Origin: Leucoraja erinacea
Lineage: Eukaryota
Direction of reading: 5' to 3'
Length of the DNA: 64,000 nt
NCBI RefSeq assembly: GCF_028641065.1
Contig: NC_073393.1
Coordinates: 16,244,001-16,308,000, forward strand
Part shown: positions 1 to 13,246 of the stretch, piece after piece
How the letters are laid out: each line of letters starts with the position of its first letter
Numbering within the stretch: position 1 is the stretch's first letter
Position numbers and translations under genes: made by a program
Notes under the pieces: model-generated
Database searches by the model: none
What the model was told of the DNA's origin: nothing
What the model saw: the letters and a program-made list of their open reading frames with translations, nothing else

Positions 1-1312
1 AAACACGTTTTGTGGTAATGTACAGTGAGAAATCTCGACTTTCAGGGATATATTATGATTGGACTCTAAATGACCGATCCATACAATTTCGAGAATTGCT
101 GTGGATTCCCGTGCCCTGTGAAACGACCGCAAACAAAACTGAAGGCAGTTCTTGAATTCACGTTTCCAGCATAATTTGGGGAAGGCAAAAGCTAAAAACA
201 ATCTCAGATAATGAAAGCCATTTCTATCCACCTAATACCACGCACAATCCCTTTCAACAAATCTTTACATAATCGCACAGGGTTATCGCCATTATCTTGA
301 AATTCATCCCATGGCGAAGCTTATTCGAGAAGGTATGGTTTAGCAATATGACCCAGAATTTCCCAGTTACTCAATGCTATAATCCGCATTGCCCTGTATT
401 TCAGTGTCAGACAAAACACGGCGTGTTAATGTATTATTTATGATGCCACAATCGGAATACCTCGGTTTATGATTATGGGGGTAGGAGTACATTCTGATAC
501 GATACTTCGCTAATTTGATCCATGGTTTAAAAGTTTTTATTTACAACACAGGTTTCGACAAAATACAAGAGATTATGAAACGGCAGAGAATGAAGTGGCC
601 GTTTAAAGTCCATTAGAGACAGACGGTGTTTACCCGGTTAGGATTCAGTTGGATTCCAACCCACGGCATTTGCCTTTTTCAAATCTGTCCCTCAATAACT
701 GGAAGTAAACGTAGACATTATACCCTAAAGTTGTAAGGGACCCTTACCTTTTGAAAAGTCAAGATGGAGAAAAACATAGATTTTCCATACATTAATATTA
801 CCACGGAGCAGACGCTTTAGGGGAGAAGTATTTTGGTAACACAGATCCATGGGACTGAGAAAGATCAGTGCTTGTCTTCAATGTGAATTCCGCAGCTTCG
901 TTGTTAATAGTCAGGATGGATTATATAAACCGGAAGAACAGTGCGGTGCTGCATGGTGGGATGGTTCACTCCCATGACTTAAATACCAGCGGATTATCAA
1001 TCTAGCTCGACGATCTATTGATTTTGTTTTAAGCGTTGTTTACACATTTGCATCGAAGAGTTTGCAAAATGCCAGAGAGATAGGAAATGCCAGAAAATTC
1101 ATCACTTTCATTCTGTCAATTAGCGATGCCAGCAAAATTCACGGAGCATCTATGTAGCCGTCTACATTTTGCCGAAATTCATTGCTTTGCCCGAATAAAA
1201 TGTAATTTCACATTATGTTTTATGTTCATTATAAAAAATATTAAACGATCAGAAATGGTAATAGAGTGAAGATTTTAACCATTGTGATTAATTAAATATC
1301 GTCCATTTCAAG

Positions 1313-1347
1313 GTAAATACAAAAGGATCGGTGGCCATGGAAAGTTG
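1313..1347 (+). CDS. Probable first cytoplasmic exon of a plus-strand paralogous IgSF receptor (GKYKRIGGHGKL)
   Basis: Acceptor ccatttcaag| and perfect donor |gtaagt. The exon is 35 nt, phase 1 to 0. It has the same phases, the same GTAAA start and the same L|gt end as gene 1 exon 14883-14840 (GKEKSFGEPNRHEQL). Confidence 0.45.
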
Positions 1348-2213
1348 GTAAGTGTATATATTAATTTCGGGAAGAGGCCTAAGCGGAAATATACATTGTT
1401 GTGTATTGAACGATCTGTCGCATCTGTCGAGTAGTGTATTGAAAAATATTAAAATCAGTATATGTGGCGTGAAGAGAAAATAAAATTGGGAAGATCATTC
1501 GACAAAAAACGCAGATGACAATTGGGTACCTTCGTCGAACCGTTAAGTTTAGAATCTGTGAATAGCTTTAAGATGCTGACAAGGTCAACACCAGAAGGCT
1601 TAACTACTGCGAATATTCTCGGTAGACCCCATAATATTTCTATAGGGTTAATTGTATGAATTACAAGCTAAACCTAACGTGCAATTCCAGAAATTCCTTT
1701 ATTCATTTCTTATATAATACTAGTTCCGTTGTCCATACACTATTCATTAAGTTATATCAGGTAGGGCTAACCCACCAGCTCATCATTAACAATGCATGTA
1801 ACACAATGCAGAACCGTAAAGTGCTGATATCGATGCCATTTTAAATCCTTCTGCAAATGCAATTTGCTATTTGTACTGCACGTCACTCCCTCGCCTTTTC
1901 TCCGAATAACAACTAAACTGATGAAGCGACGCAGCCTAGAAAATCTGAATAGTGCTCTTCCCAGAGGTGCTGACTGGTCTGATGAATTTTCTATTTTTAT
2001 GCAGTGGAAACATATCCAGGTTTCAGATTAGTTGCTCGGAAAGAAAACTTCAACTATCTGTAGTTCGTCGTTTTTTAAGGGATTAGGTTTGTTCAGACAT
2101 TGCCCATGTTTCGCCATCAACATTGTTCTCCTGTCTTTGAAATGTGCATTTTAAACAAACCAAAATGTAACAAAATAGATAGTTGTCGATATTTATAAGC
2201 GTTTCCTTTTCAG

Positions 2214-2306
2214 ATAAAACGCGTTGCTAATGACGACGGATTGAGCGCCACAGGAGAAATCCAAAACGAGCAAGAATATGCGCGGAGAGAAACGAGAATG
2301 GAATAA
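2214..2306 (+). CDS. Probable terminal cytoplasmic exon of the same plus-strand paralogue (IKRVANDDGLSATGEIQNEQEYARRETRME*)
   Basis: Strong acceptor gtttccttttcag|. Phase 0, open to TAA at 2304-2306. Aligns loosely to the gene 1 last exon (SSDELS...TG...EKAEYAEL). Confidence 0.4.
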   Translation: MKRVANDDGLSATGEIQNEQEYARRETRME

Positions 2307-3029
2307 TCAGTGGGCACGGTTTCCGATTCCTCGCTCGTCTTTGATTTATGGTGGAGACACATTAACAATACCGATCCTAATGGAAAAGAAAACAGAGCAA
2401 TCATCAACATGTCGGAGGAATGAAATTACAATTCACACATCAAACAGTGAAGCTCCTCGTCATCCCCAAATGCATGTCATTCTGTGCATCCAAGCAGAAA
2501 AATAGACCATTTTGTATTACGATATTCTGCCGCGCGGCTATACTCATTTTTAAATTATTCGGGGATTATGTGTCAACTTCTTAGTGTCTTGTAACTTAAT
2601 CTATCCGCAGCTTGTTACAACAGTGCAGATCTGCAGGTCAAATTTCAAATCTATAGGTTTATTGCGACACTATACTGGACGTTGCATAACAAACGTTGAT
2701 AAACAACACGCACATCTTTTAATGGTATCTGAAGGTTGAATCTAAGCGTTAATTTGCGGTTGCAATGTTTCTTAACTCCACTGTGACTTGAATCTTTAAG
2801 ACAGTCTAAAATGTTCCACTCGTTCTATTTTTTTTACTAATTTGCATAGATCTGTTCGAAACAAACATCAAACTGAAGCTGAGCGTATATATACACGTAA
2901 CGCATAAACCACGAGATACGTGCAAAAGTATATGTATATTTGTATGCGCTTCGCCATTTATTAAACTTTTTTTAAATGCGTCCACTTTAGCCTTCTTTCG
3001 CAATTCTCAGGTGTCGGTGCACATGCATC

Positions 3030-3480
3030 AAGGCAATTTGAGATAAACTGCAGCTGGTAAAGATGTCGAGCAAAACACCAAGTGCTAGAGGGACGTAGCG
3101 GGACATGAAACATCTGTGGAGAGAATGGCTGGACGTTGTTTCCGATCGGACCCTTCATCAGAGAGATGGAGAGTGGGGGGGGGGGGGGGGGGGGGGGGCA
3201 AAGGGGGGGGGGGGGGGGGGGTAGAGCAGGAAAAGAGAGTTGGAGGTGGGGCAAAGCCTGGGAAGTGATAGGTGGCTATTGGTGAGTGTGGGTGGAGGTT
3301 ATTGGCTAATAGATCTTGATAGTGACAGCAGCTAGCGTTGAAAATGAGATAAAAGTGTGTCAGGTAAGGAAAGAAGGAGGGTGGGGGGAAATGTAAAGGC
3401 AGAGGGTGGGATTATGGATGATAGGGGGATGGGGTAAGAGGAAGGAAATTCGACTGGGGCATGGGGTTGTGCGTACGCGT
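3030..3480 (-). mobile_element. Degenerate Penelope-like element terminal repeat with G-rich tract
   Basis: Same motif as 21735-22158 (gctggagtaactcagcggg...gacgtttcgggtcgagacccttcttcag), decayed. A partner fragment in the opposite orientation lies at ~4097-4205. Boundaries approximate. Confidence 0.55.
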
Positions 3481-4484
3481 TAAGGGAAGGACTATGGGTC
3501 TAGGGTAGTTGTTCCCAACGTGGGGCGTACGCCACACAGGGGGGCAATTTGATTTTTAACGGGGGCAATTGAGCGCGACTGAGGAAGTCTGGGTCCAAAT
3601 TTTCAATTTTTTTTTTTTAGGATGTTCCATCAGGTAAACATATGTAGTTTATGTTTCAGATGTTATTTTGAGAGCGCAAGGAATTGGTAGAAGGGTGTAC
3701 ATGAGAAAGAGATCTTGTAATTAGGTAACACATTAAATTGGACAATTCAACATTCATACAGTTGGATTGTAAGTCACCCATTGGGATATGTGCCGCTGTT
3801 CCATTTGCAAGTGGCCTCGCTCTGGTAACGGAGATGGTAAGGAGGGGGAGCGAAATTAGATCGCAACTGGGACCTCCAGCCGGCTTTGGCGAAACCATTA
3901 CCTACGCTTGGTCTCACCGATGTTAAAGAGGCCACATCTGGTACAACAAATGCAAAAGGCTTTCTCACCTGTAATGGCTGCTGAGTTCCTTGTTGCAAGT
4001 AATTGAGGAGTTGCAGTAACTCCAACAGTTGTCGGGGAAAGTGGTTTGAGAGGGGTGAGTTAGGTGGGAAGGAGTGAGTGACAAATGTCCCCATCCAAAA
4101 CGTCGCTATCTATCCCCTCCACTGATGCTAACTGCTTGCTGAGATACTCTAGCACTTTGCGTTTCGCTCAAGATTCCAGCAACCGCAGTTCCTTGGGTCT
4201 CCATCATTATTTGCTACCTGGATTAAGGTATATTTCGAGATGGTATTGAGAATACTCCAAAGATAACAATGAAAATATTAAAATACTTGTTTCTACCACT
4301 AACCGTTGCTTCTTGATATATCTGTAACCTTCCCTACACTCCACACTCTGGCTTCCCAAAACACAAATTAGTCGCCTTAAGCGATCAGTGGAACATTTAT
4401 CTGTGCTGGTTTCGGAACAAACATGTAATGAGGTTTGTTTTCAACGGCGTTTCGTTTAATTCATCCTATATTTCTCATCCACTC

Positions 4485-4705
4485 ACTGAACACTAGGGGC
4501 AATTTACAGAGGCCAACCTTCAAACCCGCGTGTTTTTCCGATGCGGTCATAAACCGGAGACATCGGAGGAACCCACACGTCACAGGGAGAACATGCAAAC
4601 TCCACACAGACAGCACCCAACTCCACACAGACAGCACCCGAGATCTGGATCGAACCCGAGTCTCTAACGCTGTGAGGAAGCAACTCCTCCAGCTACGCCA
4701 CTGGT
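4485..4705 (-). mobile_element. tRNA-derived SINE (V-SINE/HE1-like)
   Basis: Pol III box-B-like GGTTCGATCC on the minus strand plus the gggagaacatgcaaactccacacagacagcaccc core. Related copies at 24336-24562 and 55507-55695. Confidence 0.7.
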
Positions 4706-5144
4706 CAGCTATTTCAACATCTCCCTAAACGTACCAACTAATTTGTTGTTGAAAATGTCACTTTCAATTGCACATGTTCCAGTTCAGACGCATTAGATGT
4801 CAACATTGACTGATAGAACTTAAGCAAAAAAAGAACAGTTGAAGCGACAGAAAACGTATTGATGCTGGGAATGAAAACCTATGAATCGAGCTTCTGAATA
4901 TCGAGATCCCCGACCCTGCAGACTATTATTGCAGAATCACATTTAAATGAATCAATTTCCCAAATAAAAGTGAATCTCAGCTTTTGTCAGCAGAATGAAT
5001 TTGGTACAAACTACAGTATTATCTGTATAACGTTTTATATTCAACGCGACATGATAATCAAAATTATCCGCACTTGCCACATATTGCTCATATTTACATC
5101 AGAATGCAAAGGCTTATATTTCAGAGATTGTTAAAACGTTGTAG

Positions 5145-5560
5145 GTTCATGGGACTGCAGATGCTGGTTTACAAAGAGAGACTTGTGGTGCTTGAGTAAC
5201 TCAGTGGACCTGGGAGCATCTCTGCAGAATGTGGGTATGCGATGTTGCGGGTCGGGACCTATCTTCAGATTGATAGTAGCGGTGGTGATGCGGTGGAGCT
5301 GGAAGAAGGATTGGGGAGGCACGTGGTAGTTGGATACAGGTGAAGAGGGTGGGTGGTAATTGGCAGATGAATAGACAAATGCCACACATGAATAGAGAAA
5401 ATGTAGTGAGGTAAGGAGATAACACATATACTGACTCCTTCACCCGTATCCACATATCATTTGCCCGGTTTTGTCCTGTCCCCACCTTTCTTCAAGGTTT
5501 CTTCCCCGACTACTATCAGTCTGAAGAACGGTCCTGACCCAACCAGTTGCCTATCTATAT
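5145..5560. mobile_element. Two Penelope-like terminal fragments in opposite orientations
   Basis: ctgcagatgctgg...gcgggtcgggacctatcttcaga (minus) and cagtctgaagaacggtcctgaccc (plus). Confidence 0.55.
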
Positions 5561-5999
5561 GATGTGTTGTGGTTGCGAAGACGAAACAAAAGGATTCGAA
5601 ACGGCACTTTGTGTCGTGGTTCACATTGAATGGCTTCTGCACTTCTCTGCTCATATGACGTCAGTGCCCAGCCGCCAAGTGTGTAGTGCTTAAATTGTAT
5701 GCCACAACAACATTATTGCAAAATATTATAATACAACATATTTCCCAGCGATGATAAATCAGAGATATATTAATGTTTTAAAAAAAAATCACCATTCTCT
5801 CTGCTGCCCCTGCTGGAGGGAGGGGGAGGGATTATAAAACCAGGAAGTGGTGTGCCTCACTCAGTCTCTGCAAGATGGATGAAGCCAAGGGTCACGTCTC
5901 TCTGTCTGAATAACACTGAACAAATGTCTACACAGCTGTTAGTCCCCTTAATGTTGTTTGAAAATGAAAATATGGTTTGTTTGAAGTAAAAAGGCAATG

Positions 6000-7552
6000 C
6001 CTACAAATGGCTGTTTGGGTGCTTTGGCTTGAGGTTGAAAGGCTCTACTTGCTGCAAATGGTGGTTTGGGTGCTTTGGCTTGAACTTGGAAGGCACTACT
6101 TACTGCAAATGGTGGCGTGGGTGCTTTGGCTTTAAGTTGAAAGGCACTACTTACTGCAAATGGTGGCTTGGGTGCTTTGGCTTGAAGTTGAAAGGCACTA
6201 CTTACTGCAAATGGTGGCGTGGGTGCATTTGCTTGAAGTTGAAAGGCACTACTTACTGCAAATGTTGGCATGAAGTTGAAAGGCACTAACTACTTACTGC
6301 AAATTGTGGCTTGGGAGCGTTGGCTTGAATTTGAAAGGCACTACTTACTGCAAATGCTGGCCTGGGTGTTTTGGCTTGACGTTGAATGCTTTGGCTTGAA
6401 GTTGAAAGACTATTTACTGCAAATGGTAGCTTGGGTGCTTTGGCTTTAAGTTGAAAGGCACTACTTACTGCAAATGGTGGCTTGGGTGCTTTGACTTGAA
6501 GTTGAAAGGCACTACTTACTGCAAATGGTGGCTTGGATGCTTTTGCTTGGAGTTGAAAGGCACTACTTACTGCAAATGGTGGCTTGGGTGCTTTGGCTTG
6601 ACGTTGAAAGACTACTTACTGCAAATGGTGGCTTGGGTGCTTTGCTTGAAGTTGAAAGGGACTACTTACTGCAAATGGTGGCTTGGGTGAGTTGGCTTGA
6701 GTTGAAAGGCACTTCTTACTGCACACGGTGGCTTGGGTGCTTTGGCTTGAAGTTGAAAGGCACTACTTACTGCAAATGGTGGCATGAAGATGAAAGGCAC
6801 TATTCTCTCTGCTGCCCCTGCTGGAGGGAGGGGAGGGACTATAACACCAGGAAGTGGTGTGCCTCACTCAGTCTCTGCAAGATGGATGAAGCCAAGGGTC
6901 ACGTCTCTCTGAGCTCCGAATAACACTGAACCAATGTCTACACAGCTGTGAGTCCCCTTAATGTGGTTTGGAAATGAAAATATGGTTTGTTTGATGTGAA
7001 AAGGCACTGCCTGCAAATGGTGGCTTGGGAGCTTTGGCTTGAAGTTGAAAGGCACTGCTTACTGCAAATGGTGGCTTGGGTGCTTTGGCTTGAAGTTGAA
7101 AGGCACTACTTACTGCAAATGGTGGCTCGGCAGATTTGGCTTGAAGTTGAAAGGCACTACTTACTGCAAATGGTGGCTTGGGTGCTTTGACTTGATATTG
7201 AAAGGCACAACTTCCTGTAAATGGTGGCTTTGGTGCTTTGGCTTGAAGTTGAAAGGCACTATTTACTGCAAATGGCGGCTTGGGTGCTTTGGCTTGAAGT
7301 TGAAAGGCGTTACTTACTGCAAATGGTGGCTTGGGTGCTTTGGCTTGAAGTTGAAAGGCACTACTTACGGCAAATGGTGGCATGAAGTTGAAAGGCACTA
7401 CTTACTGCAAATGGTGATGGGTGCTTTGGCTTGAAGTTGAAAGGCAGTACTTACTGCAAATGGTGGCTTGGGTGCTTTGGCTTGAAGTTGAAAGGCACTA
7501 CTTACTGCAAATGGCGGCTTGGGTGCTTTGGCTTGAAGTTAAAAGGCACTAA
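6000..7552. repeat. 51-bp tandem minisatellite, two arrays
   Basis: Unit ttgaagttgaaaggcactacttactgcaaatggtggcttgggtgctttggc. It explains the 17-aa periodic ORFs (LKLKGTTYCKWWLGCFG). Confidence 0.95.
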
Positions 7553-7934
7553 TGCAAATGCACTTACTTCCAGTTTGCACTCTATATTGTTTTTTGATAA
7601 AAACGCTACCACTTATGTCTGTGAGTTTTGGCCATCTTACTCAGTCCCCCTTCGCTGAGCAGGTGCAGAGAATTCCCATCAATGAAAAATAAAAGTGTTA
7701 TTAGTGTTTAAAAAATGCTGAGAATCTCTCTCCTGTCAATCACGCCATGAAAGCCACACCTTTTCCGGTGGGAGGGGGAGGGGTTATAAAACCCAGAAGT
7801 GTGGGTGTGGCTCAGTCTCTGCATGATGGGGAGGGAGAGGTCACCACTCTGTCTGAGCTGTGAATCAACTGAACACATTGAATGTCTACTGAATTATGAA
7901 TTTGGTGTTTTGTGTGGCTTTATGGTGGTTTCAC

Positions 7935-8375
7935 CCTGCATGAAATGGTATGAAGCTGCATTTGAATTTGCTGGCTTTGCACCCTGCTTGAAATGCAATG
8001 AAACTGCACTTGAATTTGGTGGCCTTGCACCCTGCTTGAAGTGGAATTAAACTGCACTTGAATTTGGTGGTCTTGCACCCTCCTGAAAGTGGTATGAAAT
8101 GCACTTGAATTTGGTGGCCTTGATCCACTTGAAGTGGTATGAAACTGCACTTGAAATTGGTGGCCTTGCACCCTGCTTGAAGTTGTAGGAAACTGCACTT
8201 GAATTCGGTGGCCTTGCACCCGGCGTGAAGTGGTGGAAACTGCACTTGAATTTGGTGGTCTTGCACCCTACTAATAGTGGTAAGAAACTGCACTTGAATT
8301 TGGTGGCCTTGCACCCTGCTTGAAATGGTAGGAACATGGATTTTAATTTGGTGGCCTTGCAACCTGCTTGAAATG
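7935..8375. repeat. 48-bp tandem minisatellite
   Basis: Unit tgcacttgaatttggtggccttgcaccctgcttgaagtggtatgaaac, about 9 copies. Confidence 0.9.
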
Positions 8376-8601
8376 GAATTTCAAGGAATAGTCATGAGTC
8401 AACTGCCAGCCCACCAGCCGTGAGTGAGCTGCCGGCAGATCAGGCTTGAGGGACTGAGCTGCCACCCAAAGAACCCATACCAGCACTCCAGACCCCCCCC
8501 ATTGGCCACCAATATTGGAATTGGTGGAGAGATGGCATATTGCGTCGGGGGACCAGCCCTCCCGTGTGAACATGGGACCCAACGGGTCCCACTTAGTCTA
8601 G

Positions 8602-11195
8602 TATATATTGTAAATAGCTGGGGTGCCAGCACTGAGCCTTGCGGTACCTCACTAGTCACTGCCTGCCATTGTGAAAAGGACCCGTTTATTCCTACTCTTT
8701 GCTTCTTGTCTGCCAGCCAGTTCTCTATCCACATCAATACTGAACCCCCAATACTGTGTGCTTTAAGTTTGTATACTAATCTCTTATGTGGGACCTTGTC
8801 GAAAGCCTTCTGAAAGTCCAGATATAACACATCCACTGGTTCTCCCTTATCCACTCTACTAGTTACATCCTCGAAAAATTCTTTAAGATTCGTCAGACAT
8901 GCCTTACCTTTCATAAATCTATGCTGAATTTGTCCAATGATTTCACCACTTTCCAAATGTGCTGCTATCCCAACTTTAATAACTGACTCTAGCAGTTTCC
9001 CCACTACCGATGTTAGACTAACTGGTCTGTAATCCCTGTTTTTTCTCTCCCTCCCTTTTTAAAAAGTGGGATTGCATTAGCTACTCTCCAATCCTCAGGA
9101 ACTACTCCAGAATCTAAAGAGTTTTGAAAAATTATCACTAATTCATCCACTATTTCTGGGGCTACTTCCTTAAGTACTCTGGGATGGAGCCTATCTGGCC
9201 CTGGGGATTATCGGCCTTTAATCCATTCAATTTTCCTAACACCACTTCACGGCTAACCTGGATTTCACTCAGTTCCTCCATCTCATTTGACCCCCGGTCC
9301 CCTGCTATTTCCGGCAGATTATTTATGTCTTCCTTAGTGAAGATAGAACCAAAGTAGTCATTCAATTGGTCTGCCATGTCCTTGTTCCCCATGATCAATT
9401 TACCTGTTTCTGACTGCAAGGGACCTACATCATTTGTTTTAACTAATCTTTTTCTCTTCACATATCTATAAAAACTTTTGCAGTTTTTATGTTCCCTGTC
9501 AGTTTTCTTTCATAATCTACTTTCCCTTTCCTAATTAAGCCTTTTGTCCTCCTCTGCTGTACTCTGAATTTCTCCCAGTCCTCTGGTTGGCTGTTTTTTC
9601 TGGCTAATTTGTATGCTTCATCTTTTGTTTTGATACTATCCCTGATTTCCCTTGTTATCCATGGATGCACTACCTTCCCTGATTTATTATTTTGCCAAAC
9701 TGGGATGAACAATTGTTATAGTTCATCCATGCAGTCTTTAAATGCCTTCCATTGCATATCCACCGTCTACCCTTTAAGAATCAATTGCCAGTCTATCTTG
9801 GCCAATTCACGTCTCATACCCTCAAAGCTACCCTTCTTTAAGTTCAGAACCCTTGTTTCTGAATAGATTATGTCACTCTCCATCCTAATGAAGAACTCAA
9901 CCATATTATGGTCACTCTTGCCCAAGGGGCCTCGCACAACAAGACTGCTAACTAACCCTTCCTCATTACTTAATACCCAGTCTAGAATAGCCTGCTCTCT
10001 CGTTGGTTACTCTACATGTTGGTTTAGAAAACCATCCGCATACATTCCAAGAAATCCTCTTCCTCAGCCTCCCTGCCAAGTTGATTCACCCAATCTATAT
10101 GTAGATTGAAGTCACCCATTATAACTGTTTTACCTTTGTTGCACGCATTTCTAATTTCCTCTTTGATGCCATCCCTAACTCCACTACTACTGTTAGGTGG
10201 CCTGTACACAACTCCCACTAGCGTTTTCTGCCCCTTAGTGTTTCGCAGCTCTACTCATATCGATTCCACATCCTCCAAGCTAATGTCCTTCCTTTCTATT
10301 GCGTTAATCTCCTCGCTAACCAGCAATGCTACCCCACCTCCTTTTCCTTTCTGTCTATCCCTCCTGAATATTGAATATCCCTGGATGTTCAGCCCTCAGC
10401 CTTGGTCACTCTGGAGCCATGTCTCCGTGATCCCAACTATATCATAGTCATTAATAGCTATCTGCACATTCAACTCTTCCACCTGATTACGAATGCTCCT
10501 TGCATTGAGACACAAAGCCTTCAAGGGTTTTTACAACACCCTTACCCCTTATACAAATATGTTGAAAAGTGGCCCGTTTTGATTTTTGCCCTGGATTTGT
10601 CTGCCTGCCACATTTCACCTTGCTACCTATTGCTTCTACCCTCATTTCACACCCCTCTGTCTCTACGCTCACACATTTAAGAACCCCTTTCCCTTTAACT
10701 CCATCCTGGACTATCCCATTTGACACCCCACCCCCCTTATTCAGTTTAAAACCACCCGTGTAGCAGTGGCAAACCTGCCTGCCAGAATGCTGGTCCCCCA
10801 CCTATTAAGATGCATCTTTCCCTTTTGTACAGTTCCCCCTTAATGCAAAACAGACCCCAGTGATCTAAGAATCTAAATCCCTGCCTCGTGCACCAGTTCC
10901 TCAGCCACACGTTCAGGTCCAGTATCTCCCTGTTCCTGCTCTCGCCAGCACGAGGAACTGGAAGCAAACCGGAGATAACAACCTTGGTGGTCCTGCGTTT
11001 CAGCATTTTTCCAGCTCTCTAAAGTCACGCTGCACAATATGCATCCCCTTCTTTCCGATTTCGTTTGTTCCGACATGCAGTACCACTTCCGGCTGTTCAC
11101 CTTCGCACTTGAGGATTTTCTGCAATCTGTCCGTGACACCCTGGATCCTGGCACCAGGAAGGCAGCACACCTTCCTCGCATCCCGTCTGTTGCCC
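8602..11195 (-). mobile_element. CR1 LINE remnant (ORF1 esterase-like end, ORF2 APE endonuclease and partial RT), frameshifted
   Basis: ORF pieces VVISGLLPVPRA...WLRNWC, GVVYRPPNS...[20 protein letters not shown]...VPQGSVL. Confidence 0.95.
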
Positions 11196-11197
11196 GT

Positions 11198-11440
11198 TGA
11201 CTTCTCTAATTTCAGATAGCCCTTGCTTTCTCCTTCTTTCCCCGCCCCTTCCCTGTTCTCCTACTAGTCCTACTGCCTCCGCCTACTTTCTATCTTTATC
11301 CTGCCCCCCCCCCCCCATCCACCCCCCCCCCCCCCCCCCGCCATCAGTCTGAAGAGGGATCTCGATCCGAAACGTCACCCGTTCTTTCTCTCCATAGATG
11401 CTGCCTCACCCTGCCTTACTCCAGCATTTTGTGTCTATAC
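11198..11440 (+). mobile_element. Penelope-like terminal repeat
   Basis: Reverse-complement match to the terminus of the GIY-YIG-bearing copy at 21735-21990. Confidence 0.75.
11349..11376 (+). ncRNA. Minimal hammerhead ribozyme core in a Penelope terminus
   Basis: CTGAAGA-g-GGATC-tc-GATCC-GAAA-CGTC: conserved core, 5-bp stem II, palindromic ACGT stem III and a GUC cleavage triplet. Confidence 0.6.
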
Positions 11441-12269
11441 AATTCCCTCTAATGGGTGGCGTGGCAAGAACCCTTCATCCCATTGAAAATGAACCAAGAT
11501 TAGCATTTGAAAAGCCAAAACGATAAGAAAAGTTATTCTGACATGAAGTTATCTCGCCGTGTGAAGGAAATTTGAGGACAAAATACGCAAAAAGATGTAA
11601 ACAAAAACAAAATATATTTAGGGAAGCACTGGGGGCAATATATATAAATAGAACAATGAATATTTTCATGCAAGCATTTACATTTGTGTCCATAGCAGAC
11701 GGCAGCACGAAGCCTGAACTAGAATTATTTGTTGCGTGTGACGTTTAGGCTTTGTTATAAATACTTTTAAACGTGCATCTACTGAACTCACTGGTATTTA
11801 ACGCTACAATATGATTACCCTTTTGCAATGTCAGTGCTAAACCTGTGTATGGCAGATCTGTAGACTTTGAATGGACCACATCCTTCTCATAGGTAGAAAA
11901 ATGAGAGGACCTAAAAATGCAGGATTTAGTTGTAGTGGTCTAATCCACCAATTGGCGATAACCCATTCCATTGTAGGAGGTCAGAATTCATGAGCGCAAG
12001 TCATTCATTTGAATAAACACAGGCACAGATGAATAGGAAGGGTTTGGAGGTTATGGGGCAAACGCGTAAATGGAGATATATTAGATGGGGCATCATTGTT
12101 GATATCGGCGAGATGGATATCAGGACGTGCTTCCCTGCGGTATGGTTCTCTTTTTCTGTCAATGGAACGAAGTTGCAGTTCCACAGGTTAAAAATGAAGA
12201 CAAATCAACGATCTGCATAGTATAGTAAATCAGCGGGGCAGGCAGCATCTCTGGAGAGAACGAATGGGC

Positions 12270-12297
12270 GACGTTTCGGGTCGAGACCCTTCTTCAG
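12270..12297 (-). ncRNA. Minimal hammerhead ribozyme core in a Penelope fragment
   Basis: Minus strand reads CTGAAGA-a-GGGTC-tc-GACCC-GAAA-CGTC. Confidence 0.55.
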
Positions 12298-13246
12298 CGA
12301 ACTTTGTTTTTTTTTTAATGTATTTTAAGTATTTTATGTATTTTCATGTTTAGTTAAGTAGATATTGGGCGACTGCATGGCTATTAACGTAACACAGCCC
12401 GAGGGATTTGCATAATAGATTATGAAATTCACATTATGGTAACATATTTAAAACTGCTTCAATAAAAAGCCAAAATGACAACATTTCGGCAACACCCCGG
12501 ATATAACACTTCTCCATGTAAGATATTACAAAGTATATATTGAGGTGAAATACTAAAATAATGATTGTATTAAATATATTGGGCAGAGTCAACATGAAAG
12601 ACAACTTGGAATTTTAAAAAAGCACTTCTGGACAATATCTTTCTTGGTAGAATCGATAAACGGAAATCTGCTGATGTGTTGACTTTGGGCTGACGGTGGA
12701 CTTTCAATGTATTCCATTAAAGAGACTGTTAATTACAATTAGCACGGCCAGTATTTTGTTTATGAATCTGCAATGAGACAATGATTGGTTATCAGGCTGG
12801 AGTCAAATTTTGTGATGGAAGAGCATATTTCGGGGTTGGGGAAACGTGATGAATGGGTCCTGCACCGTTCCGTGCCGATGCCATTTTTTCGCAACGTACA
12901 TCATTGATTTGGATAAGGGGGTCAGGTGCAAGACATTTAAGATTACTAACAATAAATATTAAATTAGAAGGAATCATGGAATATGAGGGAATTGCAGATT
13001 TTGTATGGGATATAGAATAAGCAAGTATATGGAAGGCTAACAATATCGCGATGCACGTGAGCTCATCTACTTTGGATTAAAAATAGGAAGGTGGCATTTC
13101 AAAATGATGGATGGTTGAGAAAAGCATGTTGGGGTTCGGACCGGTCTATCGTCCCTATATGTAAATCACAAATAAGATAATATGCAAATTCAGTTGGTGA
13201 ATAAGAAGGGTCTGCTGGACGTTAATGCAAGGTGATTTATACACGG

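Larger units (their letters stand above)
5790..8601 (+). mobile_element. Non-autonomous Helitron-like element carrying tandem arrays (5' end uncertain)
   Basis: Ends in hairpin GGGACCC-aac-GGGTCCC (8574-8590), then 7 nt, then CTAG|T (8598-8602), which is the canonical Helitron 3' end. An internal ~200-bp block is duplicated (5793.., 6802..). Confidence 0.6.

Noticed and set aside
281-616. Possible plus-strand exons at 281-332 and from 552
   Set aside because: Splice-like boundaries exist, but no frame gives recognisable homology or a full TM. They cannot be supported without upstream sequence or RNA data.
4269-4316. Signal-peptide-like MKILKYLFLPLTVAS
   Set aside because: It ends in TGA with no donor site and is on the wrong strand and position for genes 1-3.
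6000-8375. Regular repeats as a CRISPR array, or the Cys/Trp-rich ORFs as a repeat protein
   Set aside because: Units are head-to-tail with no unique spacers, no cas genes are present, the context is eukaryotic, and frames are broken by indels.
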